Shown: positions 42,706-55,071 of the stretch, in pieces
How positions within the stretch are numbered: the stretch's first letter is position 1
Layout: every line of letters starts with the position of its first letter
NCBI GenBank assembly: GCA_030141605.1
Contig: JAQGDQ010000340.1
Coordinates: 1 to 64,000, forward strand
Length of the DNA: 64,000 nt
Direction of reading: 5' to 3'
DNA from: Tubiluchus corallicola
Taxonomy: Eukaryota; Animalia; Priapulida
Notes under the pieces: generated by a model
Told to the model about the DNA's origin: nothing
The model's database searches: none
What the model saw: only the letters and a program-made list of their open reading frames with translations
Translations under genes and position numbers: made by a program

Positions 42706-44415
42706 CTCTCCCTCTCTCTCACTCGCTCTCTGTGTACCTCTCTCTGTCTCTCTCTCCCCTCTCCCCTCTCTTTCTCTCTCCCACTCTCTCTCTTCCCCCT
42801 CTCCCTCTCCTTCTTTTTCACAATTTCTCTCTCTCTCGTTCTCTCTCTCTCTCCTCTTTCTCTCTCTCTCTCTCCGTCTCCCTCTCCCTCTCCCTCTCCG
42901 TCTCTCCCTCTCCCTCTCCCTCTCTCTCTTGAAGATGACTTCCGTTATTATCTGGAGTCATATGGCTACGGGAAAAAATAAAATGTAGTATTTACTAAAC
43001 AATTTTTAAATTAGCTATTATGATTTCTGTTATCACGGCTTATGTTAGAGTAATATCAGATAATAAAAGTAGATAGGCGCTATCCACTCATTGTCAATTA
43101 ATCTTATTTTTGTCAACATCACTTTCGTCATAATTGGCACCTGAAGTAGAACTGGGACACGGGTTAATGGGAGTCGTCTGTCCTGTTATGAGTTATTTTA
43201 TTCACAAAGAATACTAAATAGGGGCATAAACAATAAACTTCTACATCCATCTTATCGAAACACTCCTTTCACAGTTCGTACGTCAATTTCGTCGTTAGCA
43301 AAATTGTTGAAAAAAATTTAGTGTTTAATATATGTTTATGCTTTTTTGCTTTATTTGATACGTTAACAATTTCTATTTTGCATACTTTGTTAAGGTGACT
43401 GAATTAAATTGAAATTTTGAAAGCTATTTCGAAAAACTTTAATAGCGCATGCAAAAAAGTAAGATTTGTAACAATCTTTGATCAATGAGTGCATAAAGCA
43501 TTAAAGTTTTATAATTTTGCTACAGAAAGGGGGCACAATAACGTCATCATCAATTTATTGGATGAGGTAGGGGAGTAAATTTAATTAAATAAAGCAGTTG
43601 ACATATTTTACTCTTGACGGGTAAATATCTTCCTTCATGAAAGACGAAACCCTTAAAATTATTTGGATTTATTATTTAATAATTATTTAATATTTAATAT
43701 TTAATTTATTTAATAATTATTTAATTTCTATCAGTATCCATCCTCACAGTAGTTGCCAAACAGTGGTGTTAGCTTAATCAAGTTATTTTAAATTTACATA
43801 AATAATAGTCTATACTACCTTTCATATCATCCCATATATGAGCTTCATTCATTACGTCATTCCATGGGACAATCTAACAAGCCCTGCTTCTTGATTGCCC
43901 ACAACACATTTACCTTCGTGCATAAGTGAACAGTGTTTGAGGCTTTTCTGCGCAATATTTCTTATTTGTATTATATCATAGGCCCTTTCACTAGATATTG
44001 TATATGTAATTGTAAATGTGTATGGTGAAATGTGTATGGTGGTATTCAGTGGCAATTTATAATGTAGTACTTGGGAAATTGATAAAACCAGTTTCATCAA
44101 CGGTGTGTTTTTTTTATCTACTTGTTATTTGAGTAACGTATTAATTATTCAATTTATGTACTCATTTACGTATTTACTTGTCCAATTATATTATATATTA
44201 CGTATTTATATATTATATTCATTCATTAAATCATTCACTGATCACTCGTTTTGGGAAAAACCTGATGTTTGAAATTGTGTTTCTAACGCTTCGTCTTGAC
44301 TGGGTGTCTTATTTAATGTGCTGCTAACAATTCACTTTTTGGTATTTATATTCACGTACTGCTTTTTTGGTTCGTTGTATACAGCTAGGGATTAATTACG
44401 CCATGGTAACTTTAA

Positions 44416-44871
44416 CCCTTTCAGTCCCAAATTATTTTTAATAAGAAAGAATGTTTTGGCTTGGTACTTTTGTTCAGTTTGTCCATCTTGTTTACACATA
44501 ATAATTATTTTTTCTACCTGTGCCCGCGTGCAAAATATAGCCTGTATCCCACGGGATACATTGGGATTCAATGGAAGCAAAAAATGTGCTTCATTTTGCA
44601 ACATCTGATAATTTTTAAAGTATTTAAGACATTTAGTATGCATGCTATGCTGATCTGTACAAAGTCGACTCTAAAGTACTGTACCTTGCGCAGTTTTTTA
44701 TGCTATGTAGATTTTCTAGTTTGCCATTTTATCACCATTTTTAGTCTATTGTTATTGGCTTAAATTAAAATAACTATTAACAGATCAAATAACTGTCAGT
44801 TTTAAAATTTTATTAATTTTAAAGGCAGAAGATATTCTCGTATCCCACGGGATACAACGGGTATGAAAGGG
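44416..44871 (-). mobile_element. piggyBac-like MITE (inverted copy)
   Basis: TTAA|CCCTTTCA ... TGAAAGGG|TTAA; reverse complement of the 34655 copy. Confidence 0.88.
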
Positions 44872-46127
44872 TTAACGAAAAAGCAAACTTGCATAAATTT
44901 AAATTATGATGTTGTAAGTTAGTCTTTTCATGTAGGTTCTTAGGCGGTAAATATAACAAGTAACCTAGAACAAATTGCAATAGAATTTTTCTGTTCCTAT
45001 TCGGTCAGAATATGGTCTCAAGTACCCTCAATAAAACATCGGCCAAAATTACTATATTGCGAAGTATGACTGTTATTTTGTTAATCCTACAAAAAGAAAT
45101 CGTAAAATAAAAATGCTAGAATTAGCTAACTTGGCCATACAGTTTATAAAAAGATTAGACACATACATATCAAAAGTAAATAGTCAACGTACAAGGACAA
45201 AAATAACAAATAAAAATATCATTAGCATATTTTCGACTAGTGCATTCACGTTCATACTATCACAGATCAAAGCACATTTCATACATTTTCCATTAAACGC
45301 ATTTCATACATTTTCCATTAAATACATTTCATACATTTTCCATTAAACACATTTCATACATTTTCCATTAAATACATATCATAAATTATCAGACTAGAGT
45401 TAACATTTTGTAAATATACACGTCATTAGTTCTAAATCTAAGTAATGCTAACGTGGACACGTCTCTATAGACTGTCAATGAAAAACATGATTACTATGCA
45501 TTTATACTAAAGTGCAGTAGCAAAACGAATCAGTAATTTAAACAAAACAAATAGGCCTACATGATCCTAGTAGAGGGGGTTCCTACTACAGTATGAGGCA
45601 AACGACATGAAACGAAATAAAAGCAAAATATGTGAAACCTTAATTAGGATAATAACCGAAGGGGAGTGGCAGCTGGTTCTAGCATACGACAAGACTAAGT
45701 GGGAAAAATAGTTTATAACTCTAACCTAGAAAAACGCGAACAAGATTCGCGGCAGTTTTAAATGTTATTCTGTTTAATGAAAAACTATTGAATTGCCTTC
45801 TAACCCCTTCCGTAGATCTTAGCAAATCTACCTTCCGATGTGACGCTAAATGAATCAACATTTTGACTGCAAAAGTAAAATTCCCAGCGTTTATTAGAAA
45901 TATTACCTTCAGTAATTTCAAACTGAACATATAGTCTCACATTTAGGCTTATACAGATCCTGTGCACCTATAGAAGCAGTGGATTAAAAACTTCCGTTGA
46001 CTTATACCTCTTTGTTCGATAATTCGTCGAGATAGTATACTATCGTAATATGTATCCCAATAGTGTTGGATAATTTTAAATTTGCTAACATATTAAAAAT
46101 GCTAATTGCGCCCAAATTAAACACTTG

Positions 46128-46190
<63 letters not shown>

Positions 46191-46479
46191 ATTGACTGAT
46201 TACGAAATAGTCGAACATGATACTTTAGTTCAGTCCATAGATCACTACAAAAAAGGACTTTTGATCATATAACATGATCATTACTGTCAAAAAATAACTG
46301 AAGAATTATTTACAAATTCTCACTACACACTTATTATCGCTTAACATGATCATTACTGTCCAAAAATCGCTAAACAGTTATTTACAAATTCACAAAATGA
46401 CTTTGGGTTTCCATTGAAAAATTCATGCAAATCGTTGAAGCTCAGTTCAGTGTTATCTTCACGAAGGTGATTAGTAAGT

Positions 46480-46650
46480 GGACAAAAACAGATAACATGC
46501 TCTTCTGTTTGAATGTTTAAGCCAGAACAGGAGCATAGCCTGTCCTCTCTTTTTATCCTTGCCCATCTTCCAGTCTCAATAGCTAGGTTATGTGAGGAGA
46601 GGCGTAACCGAGATGTTTTAATCCTATAGAGCTCATTTACTTTTACTGTA
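46480..46650 (-). mobile_element. LINE ORF2 C-terminal fragment
   Basis: Translates as RLRLSSHNLAIETGRWARIKREDRLCSCSGLNIQTEEH. Confidence 0.8.
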
Positions 46651-47564
46651 CATGCAAGTGGTGATTATAAGTTGAAGTTTTCCGAATTGCTCCGCAAGAA
46701 CTTATCCAGAATTTCCCATATCCATTATTCTGGAGAAGACGGCCTTTCGTATACAGAGTTGAAGACGTGAACCTGAGAAGAGCAGTCTCCGACTTTCGAG
46801 CTGGAAACGACGGTAATGCATCTTCAGTAGGTGGCAGTTTTGCTCTGTGATTGTGAGTCTTCTGCTGACTTTGGTCTGCTGTCTACCACAGGAATTGCAA
46901 CATGGTTAAATTTCAATAACGCTTTTTACTTTCCTCAAACAAAGTGATAGAGTTTTGATTGGTGGTCCTGATTTTCTTTGAATTAACGGGAAGATTGTGC
47001 TCGTTGTCGTAGGGGGAACTACATGCCCCCCCCCTTACTACATACACAACGACACACTTGTTAAGGTTGCGTTGGCTTTTTCTGCTTGTATGCATACTGT
47101 GAACGCCAAATTGCTAGACAATGACTTGAAATTCCATTTAGCATAAAAATTTTATTTGAGATCTGATTTTACTTGACTGTGAAATACATTAACCTTATAA
47201 TCACGCACTGAATGTTAGGTGTAGCATACATTTACTTGAATGGTTCAGATTTAATACCTTGTTAGTTAAGTCATCCATGCAAGTGTAATCCACCACATAA
47301 TATAGCTAGTTATGAAACCCAGTTAACTACATCAGAGATGGAACGTGATCCAAACTAAATGGTCAATATCTAGCTTAACCAGTTCAACGAACCCTGCAGA
47401 CGGACTGAATTATATACATGTACATACAAAAATGTACTTCTGTTCATATAAATCATATGCGTACGGTTTGCTGACCCATGCGTTATTATTAATTCTACTG
47501 CATCTCAACTTTCAGTTACACGATAAACAAATTAGTGGTTCAAACTTGGTCACTCGGTAATAAG

Positions 47565-48204
47565 CAGGCTGCATGAGATTATGGATATCCATAAAATAAG
47601 ACCAAAAATCCATAAAATAAAATTTGCAAAATCCATAAAATAAGAAATGCATAAAATAAAAAATATATATATTGTGATTTTTTGTACAAAGTAACAAGTT
47701 GTAAGCCTTGGCAACACTGAAAACGAACGTTAGGAGAGAAAGAGAAAGAAAACAAACCAACAAAAGCGCATTTCCGGATTTGCTATTTTACATTGTTTTT
47801 TTCTCATTGTCTTTTTGTTATCAAGATGGCGAAGTTTCAACCAAAGCATGAGCTGGAGTTCGGTCTGAAAATAACTGAGAGACACCCAGCCACCAGGATC
47901 GGAAACTTCAGCCTAGAGGGCATTCTACATTCATACCAAATTGACGAATTAATTGAACTGAAGTGATGAATTACAAGGCATTGTCTGGTGAAATTTGATT
48001 AAATTTGAAGTGATATGAAACCGATAAAATTAAAACTAAGTCCTGCGTGTTTAAAAACACGTTTAAAGCACTCCTGTTTTTACTTTTTAATTGATTTCCC
48101 CCTGGGCATCTCGTTCCAGATATAGCCTATTTCTTATTTTATTGATATCCATAAAATAAGCTATTTTATTTATTTTATACATGTCCATAATCGTATGCAC
48201 CCTG
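47565..48204 (+). mobile_element. hAT-type non-autonomous element (internal deletion derivative) with ATCCATAAAATAA subterminal repeats
   Basis: TIR caggctgcatgagattatgga / tccataatcgtatgcaccctg; perfect 8-bp TSD gtaataag (47557-47564, 48205-48212). Confidence 0.92.
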
Positions 48205-48682
48205 GTAATAAGTGAAGCTGAGATACCGGTCTTGCCTGACACCTGCTCTGCACTTAGTGGCCGGTGCCTACTTAATTTTGATCAAACATTTTTTGATGTT
48301 GTGTGCTGGAAGCTATTGGTGTGGAGTAACATCGGGCACAGGAAGGACGCTGCTTGGATATGATAAACTAATCTGTATAGTGTAGTAATTAGAGATAAAC
48401 CTGTCTCTTTTCATGCATTTTGTTTTGTATTGTTAATTAATAGATCAGAGTTGTTTATCATTTATCTATAATTCCTTGTTGCTATTTGATTTGTTATTAA
48501 TTTTACTATGTTACGTGACAGCTTGCGGTGCGTACATCGCTTATGTGAATGCCTTGTACCGTGAAGTTAAAATAAAATAACGATTAGACTAAAATTGACA
48601 ATTTGGTGGTTTATTCTTTGTGGTCAGCTAGAAAACGACCACAATAAGGCATCGACCTTTGGTTTAGACTGTCACAGTAATC

Positions 48683-48782
<100 letters not shown>

Positions 48783-49387
48783 GAAAAATGAGTGTTCTTT
48801 TCTATTCATATAAAACTCGTATGTACAGCACACCACAAGCAGTTACCCATACATGCTTCCATATAAACGCCGCACAACAAAGCACAATTATTACACACAT
48901 AAAACGTAACAAAAAACCACAAGCAACCGCCCAACCTGCTTAGACATAAAGATTTATATGGGACCTTATTTCAAAGAATGAGATACTAACAACGTTTATA
49001 TAGATGGAACCTATACAAAATTGCTTCAATACAAATTTTAATTTTCATTGCTACAATTTCAGATACAAACAATAAACGTACAATATCGTATAAATTACTA
49101 TGCAATAATATGGAATGTTTCCTTTAATGAAATCATGTCAGTAGTAGCAATATTGAGCACTTAGTAAAAATAATACACGAACCAAATAATAATTATTACA
49201 GTAGTTATAAATAATACATATCTTTATTTTACAACATGAATGGTATGCTATATAAACATACATACCCTAGATGATGCAAATTACATACATAACTGTCTTA
49301 TTTACACTTTACTTTAACTCTAATTTCCCGGCTAAATACAATAACGATGAAAGCAATATTAAGTCAGATGTCTGAAAAACATTGCAT

Positions 49388-49461
49388 GGGTCTTCACACG
49401 GACTTGAACCCAAGACCTTCTGCTTTCGGCCAACTATGCCAACCACTACACGACAGAGGCA
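49388..49461 (-). mobile_element. tRNA-derived SINE head
   Basis: A-box-like GTGTAGTGG and B-box GGTTCAAGTCC; no closed acceptor stem. Confidence 0.6.
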
Positions 49462-49519
49462 CCTCGTTTTCCAGACTCAGAAACTTTAAAGAGTTATCCT
49501 AATCTACAATTTGAAAATG

Positions 49520-50220
49520 ATTATTGTCCGGAAAGTTTAGACCCAAAACTAACAGGTATTTGAACTGTTCTATGACTGACTGTAGCAGACGAGATCCAGT
49601 GATATTGGTACAGATATTACTGTACAAGGTGTCCGGAAAGTTTAAACCTAAAGCTAAACAAGCTCTAGTAATGACGGAGGTGGTTGCAATTATAAACCTG
49701 TATCATGTATAGGGTGTCCAGAAAAGTTAGACTCAGCCTAACAGTAATGTCTACTGTTGCACAACTGACTCTAGCAGTCCAACTACAGTGAGGTTAGTAT
49801 AGGATGTCCAGAAAACTTAGACACACCCAAACAAAGAGCTATTTCAATTGTGCAATAACTGGATGTAGTTTTTGAAGTGGGTGTCCGGAAAGTTGAGACC
49901 ACCAGGTACGTCTACTGTTCCATAACAGAGTGTAACAAACGAGCACCAGTGATGTTGGTACTGGGTGTCCGGAAAGTCGTCCCAGACCAGAAGGTACGTC
50001 TACTGTTCCATAACAGAGTGTAACAAACGAGCACCAGTGATGTTGGTACTGGGTGTCCGGAAAGTTGTCCCAGACCAGAAGGTACGTCTACTGTTCCATA
50101 ACAGAGTGTAACAAACGAGCACCAGTGATGTTGGTACTGGGTGTCTGGAAAATTGTCCCAAACCAGAAGGTATGTCTACTGTTCCATAACAGACTGTAAC
50201 AAACGAGCACCAGTGATGAT
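49520..50220. repeat. 88-bp tandem repeat of the VPS33B stop-codon region (4 good plus about 4 degenerate copies)
   Basis: gggtgtc anchors at 49879, 49963, 50051, 50139; unit contains ctactgttccataacag, the antisense of VMEQ*. Confidence 0.92.
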
Positions 50221-50249
50221 GGCCGTAGTCGCAATTATAAACCTGTATC
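50176..50249 (-). CDS. VPS33B: VPS33B terminal coding exon (G)YRFIIATTAIITGARLLQSVMEQ*
   Basis: ttttgcag acceptor, phase 1, TAG at 50178-50176; resembles [21 protein letters not shown]; candidate AATAAA on - at 49228-49223. Confidence 0.92.
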
Positions 50250-50344
50250 CTGCAAAACGGATAAATGTCATTCATTTAGTAGCAGTTACTAGTAAAAATA
50301 TATTGCAAAACAAATATATATAATAATTTCGTTTAGGACACAGT

Positions 50345-50530
50345 CTAACGCGTTAAGTAACATAATACTAATTTCCAAGGTGGTCCAGATTATTACCCGT
50401 GTGTCACTTCGATAAACCCGTGCGTACTTAGTCGAAGAACCAGCAGTACCATTTTTTAAGTTTTTGGTATAACTCGGTTGGGAGTTGAACCCACTACCTC
50501 CTGATATTAATACGAACACTTTGGCTTACA
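50345..50530 (-). mobile_element. tRNA-derived SINE remnant, Meta-domain-like
   Basis: B-box GGTTCAACTCC followed by GAGTTATACCAAAAACTTAAAAAATGGTACTGCTGGTTCTTCG, resembling the remembered MetaSINE core. Confidence 0.55.
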
Positions 50531-50784
50531 AATACCCTATCACGACTTGACTATCATAACTTAACGAATCTGAAACAATTTGTTATGCTTTCAATTGCCA
50601 ACAGACTGCAGCTAACAATGTTTAGACAACTGGTGCTAGGCTGGCAACACTGTTTTACAAAAACACTAATTAGATTTATAGCATGAATTAGTGTGGTATT
50701 TTCAGGAAACATTTGTGAAACAGATTGTGATGTTTTCTTAGCGGGTTGAAAACACAATTTTTTACGTACAATTAGAACAACACA

Positions 50785-51365
50785 TAGTATGCTTTCAAAA
50801 TACTTATTTAATTATTTTTGATGCAAAATCAGTAGCAAATATCAAGCTAGCCCATTAATTCTGAAACAACGCTTAGATATTCTGGTGGAGAAAATTCCAA
50901 ATGTAAGAATCCAAGGGAAAAAATCAGATTTCTTTGCAAAGTCTGGTTTTAAAATACTTATTTAATTGTTTTTGTATGCAAGATCAGCAGCAAATATCAA
51001 GTTACCCACCGATTTTGAAAGAACGTCTGGATATGGTGACAGAGAGAATTCCACATGTAAGAAGTCCAAGAGAAAAACGGATTTCTTTGCAAACACTGGG
51101 GTTTTAAAAAACTTATTTAATTATTTTTGTATGCAAGATCAGCAGCAAATATCAAGTTACCCACCGATTTTGAAAGAACATCTGGATATTTTGACAGAGA
51201 GAATTCCACAAGTAAGAAGTCCAAAGGAAAAAATGGGTTTTTGCGCAAAGTCTGGTTTTAAAATACTTATTTAATTGCCTTTGTATGCAACATCAGCAGC
51301 AAATATCAAGCAACCCATCGAATCTGAAAGAATGTCTGGATATTCTGACAGAGAAAATTCAATGT
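50785..51365. repeat. About 155-bp tandem repeat, 4 copies, in the last VPS33B intron
   Basis: aaaatacttatttaatt...atgcaagatcagcagcaaatatcaag recurs four times. Confidence 0.9.
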
Positions 51366-51444
51366 GTAAAAGAGAAAAAGGGTAAAAAAATCAAATGAGA
51401 ACCTTAGGAAAGTCCTATTTAAGAAGAAAATGGGTGAAAAAATA

Positions 51445-51672
51445 CCGTCATGAAAGGGATTCGAACCTCGAACCTTTGCATCTGCAATCAAGTACCGTAA
51501 CCACTTAGCCATACACCTTTACAAGATCTACGATCAGGTACTCAATTAAAACTAAGAAAACATGGATAAGCAGCTGGAAGTTCCTATTTACAAGGAGCAT
51601 GGCTGGAAAAATCGTTACATGAACGGGATTCTGGATCGGCACTCAAGCACCATAGCCACTTAGCCATTCACC
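51445..51672 (-). mobile_element. Two tandem tRNA-derived SINE heads
   Basis: ATGGCTAAGTGG (A-box) at about 51512 and 51668; GGTTCGAATCC (B-box) in the 51445-51517 copy. Confidence 0.6.
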
Positions 51673-52105
51673 TTAACAACATCAATGCTCAGTTCACATT
51701 ACTTCCCAATGTCTGCACCAGCTGTCACACTCATTTCAAAGCACATTTCTACAATGTTTTACAACCCTTGTAACACCGAACATAAAAGGGTCGGCATGGA
51801 AATTTTACTCTCTAACAAGCCTATTACAAAACACAGCTTCAGTTTACTACTCCCAGTGGGCGCTTAAAACCAAAGAGACCTAATCAATTTAATGAGACGG
51901 ACCATTACAAACTTTTGATGTACGCATATCCAGAAGGAATGAGAACATTTTGTAGGAGTACCTAAATCTTTACTGCTACTGTTTTTCAATCTTGAATAAA
52001 CGAGTTCAAAGTTGGAAGCGACCCATGTACAGTCAAGGTACAGCAGCACTGACAATTTTGAAAGAAAAACTTGCCATTCTAAATGGAAAGTAATAATTTT
52101 CTCAC

Positions 52106-52213
52106 CTTTTAATTTTCCCAGTAATCTTAGTGCAGCAATTTCAGCATAGGTGCATCCTCCGACAAAGAACACTAAAACAACGCGAGATGATTCATGCTGA
52201 TTGTTTGGCTTTC
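52106..52213 (-). CDS. VPS33B: VPS33B penultimate exon (G)KPNNQHESSRVVLVFFVGGCTYAEIAALRLLGKLK
   Basis: ctttcag acceptor, G|gtgag donor, 108 nt, phase 1/1; Sec1-family LVFFxGGCTxxEIxALRxL motif; the GGCT...LG..KG-YRF form points to 33B rather than 33A. Confidence 0.93.
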
Positions 52214-54045
52214 CTGAAAGACAATGAAAACTAAAACAATGCATAATGATTCATGCTGATTGTTTGGTTTTCCTGAAAGACAATGAAAACTTAAACAATG
52301 CATGATGATTCATGCTGATTGTGTGGTTTTCCTGGAAGATAATGAAAACTAAAACAATGCATGATGATTCATGCTGATTGTGTGGTTTTCCTGGAAGATA
52401 ATGAAAACTAAAACAATGCATGATGATTCATGCTGATTGTTTGGTTTTCCTGGAAGACAAAGAAAACTAAAACAATGCATAATGATTCATGCTGATTGTT
52501 TGGTTTTCCTGAAAGACAATGAAAACTTAAACAATGCATGATGATTCATGCTGATTGTTTGGTTTTCCTGAAAGACAATGAAAACTAAAACAATGCATGA
52601 TGATTCGTGCTGATTGTTTGGTTTTCCTGAAAGACAATGAAAACTTAAACAATGCATGATGATTCATGCTGATTGTTTGGTTTTCCTGAAAGACAATGAA
52701 AACTTAAACAATGCATGATGATTCACGCTGATTGTTTGGTTTTCCAGAAAGACAATGAAAACTTAAACAATGCACGATGATTCATGCTGATTGTTTGGTT
52801 TTCCTGAAAGACAATGAAAACTTAAACAATGCATGATGATTCATGCTGATTGTTTGGTTTTCCTGAAAGACAATGAAAACTTAAACAATGCATGATGATT
52901 CATGCAGATTGTTTGGTTTTCTTAAATAGAATGAAAACTAAAACAATGTGTGATGATTAGACAAAAGAAATGGTTCATGGCAGCAGACAGCAACACCTAC
53001 ATTGATTCAAACAAAGTATCTAAGGAAACTCAAAAACAATGTATAATTGTTTGGTTTTCTTAAATACAATAAAAACCGAAACAATGCATGATGACTCATG
53101 CTGATTGCTTGATTTTCCTGAAAGACAAAGAAAACTAAAACAATGCATGATGATTCATGCTGATTGCTTGGTTTTCATGAAAGACAAAGAAAACTAAAAC
53201 GATGCATGACGATTCATGCTGATTGCTTGATTTTCATGAAAGACAAAGAAAACTAAAACAATGCATGATGATTCATGCTGATTGTTTGGTTTTCATGAAA
53301 GACAAGGAAGCTCAAACAATGCATGATGATTCATGCTGATTGTTTGGTTTTCCTGAAAGACAAAGAAAACTAAAACAATGCATGATGATTCATGCTGATT
53401 GTTTGGTTTTCATGAAAGACAAAGAAAACTAAAACAATGCATGATGATTCATGCTGATTGTTTGGTTTTCATGAAAGACAAGGAAGCTCAAACAATGCAT
53501 GATGATTCATGCTGATTGTTTGGTTTTCATGAAAGACAAAGAAAACTAAAACAATGCATGATGATTCATGCTGATTGTTTGGTTTTCATGAAAGACAAGG
53601 CAGCTTAAACAATGCATGATGATTCATGCTGATTGTTTGGTTTTCCTGAAGGACAAAGAAAACTAAAACAATGCATGATGATTCATGCTGTTTGTTTGGT
53701 TTTCCTGAAAGACAATGAAAACTAAAACAATGCATGATGATTAATGGCGATTATTTGGTTTTCATGAAAGACAAAGAAAACTAAAACAATGCATGATGAT
53801 TCATGCAGACTGTTTGGTTTTCCTGGAAGACAAAGAAAACAAAAGCAATGCATGATGATTCATGCTCATTGTTTGGTTTTCCTGGACTACAATGGAAACT
53901 AAAACAATGCATGATGATTCATGCTGATTGTTTGGTTTTCCTGAAAAACAATGAAAACTAAAAACAATGCATGATGATTCATGTTGATTGTTTGGTTTTC
54001 CTGAAACATAATGAAAACTCAAACAATGCATGATGATTCGACAAA
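52190..54045. repeat. 59-bp minisatellite, about 30 units in two blocks, derived from the VPS33B acceptor plus exon start
   Basis: + unit gatgattcatgctgattgtttggttttcctgaaagacaatgaaaactaaaacaatgcat; first unit overlaps exon 52106-52213. Confidence 0.95.
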
Positions 54046-54537
54046 AGAGATGGTTCATGGCAGCAGACAGCAACACCTACATCCACAATGGACTGCAGAC
54101 CTGACATAATTACAATTTTAAGCCAAGAACGAAAGGTTCTCGAAGAAATGTAAGATTATCTTTTCTCATACACCAGAGAAAACTAATTATCTGCCTCCTG
54201 AAAGAAAACTAATCCATAAAGATAGCAACAGAAAGAGGATTTCTAACATCGCTAAGTACCTAATTCTTATCGACATGCCAAAAACGAATTTGATAAAATG
54301 ATTTGATTAAATGAGATAATCTGCTGGATAAACAGTTTTCTTAGCTTCGGTGAAAATGAAACTTTTACATCTTTAATACTAAAGGAAAGAAACAAGCAAG
54401 TGGTGGGTAGTTTTCTTTTATACGGTTAATAAGTTTATAAACAAGCAATGATTACAGTTTCACTGCACATAACAGCATTCGATTTTGCAGAAACTGAATT
54501 CAATTTCCCCCGCAAGATAAAACACGATTAAAATTAA

Positions 54538-55071
54538 AGGAAGACAGGGTGATTTTTCATATACTACCCCATTTTCAATTCCAGTAAGAACTGTACATTT
54601 TAACACAATTAATACTGGAAAAGCGTTTTTGATAATTAAATAATAGGCCAAAATCTTAACTAACGGCTGGCGGATGCAACTGTTGATGACGTCACAAACG
54701 AACATGATTTTTAACATCAGTAATAATCCATGATGCAAGTTTTAAGATAAAATTTCAAATTTACTGCTGTGCCTATGCATGAACTGCCGAACGTGTGCAG
54801 TTCATCACAAACTAACACATCTGAATCGACAAGTACAGCACCAGTTTTCTGTGCAAAGCATTTCCGAAATGCAGGCGCTACTGCCCATCTAACTAGTAAA
54901 TAGTGAAATGCATGTAACAGCGAAGAATTAGTGGCGCGAACCTGAAATTGCATTCGTGTGGTAATAATTCTTTTACGTAAGTCATTTTTGAAAAAAGTAG
55001 TACATCTCCTTTCAATATTTTAAAGAGTAGACTGTTCTGACTCACAGTTTAAGATTGGGTCCGGTTTTGCT
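54538..55071 (-). mobile_element. Complete Kolobok-like MITE (family A) in a VPS33B intron
   Basis: TTAA at 54534-54537 and 55072-55075; AG...CT termini with imperfect TIR. Confidence 0.8.

Noticed and set aside
46785-46830. Hammerhead ribozyme (CTGAAGA...GAAA on -); other CTGATGA sites also checked
   Set aside because: No convincing stems I-III around the core
49388-51672. tRNA genes
   Set aside because: A/B boxes are present but no complete cloverleaf or acceptor stem; treated as SINE heads
51864-52244. 126-aa single-exon ORF as the full gene
   Set aside because: Only 52106-52213 is exonic; the rest is intron read-through
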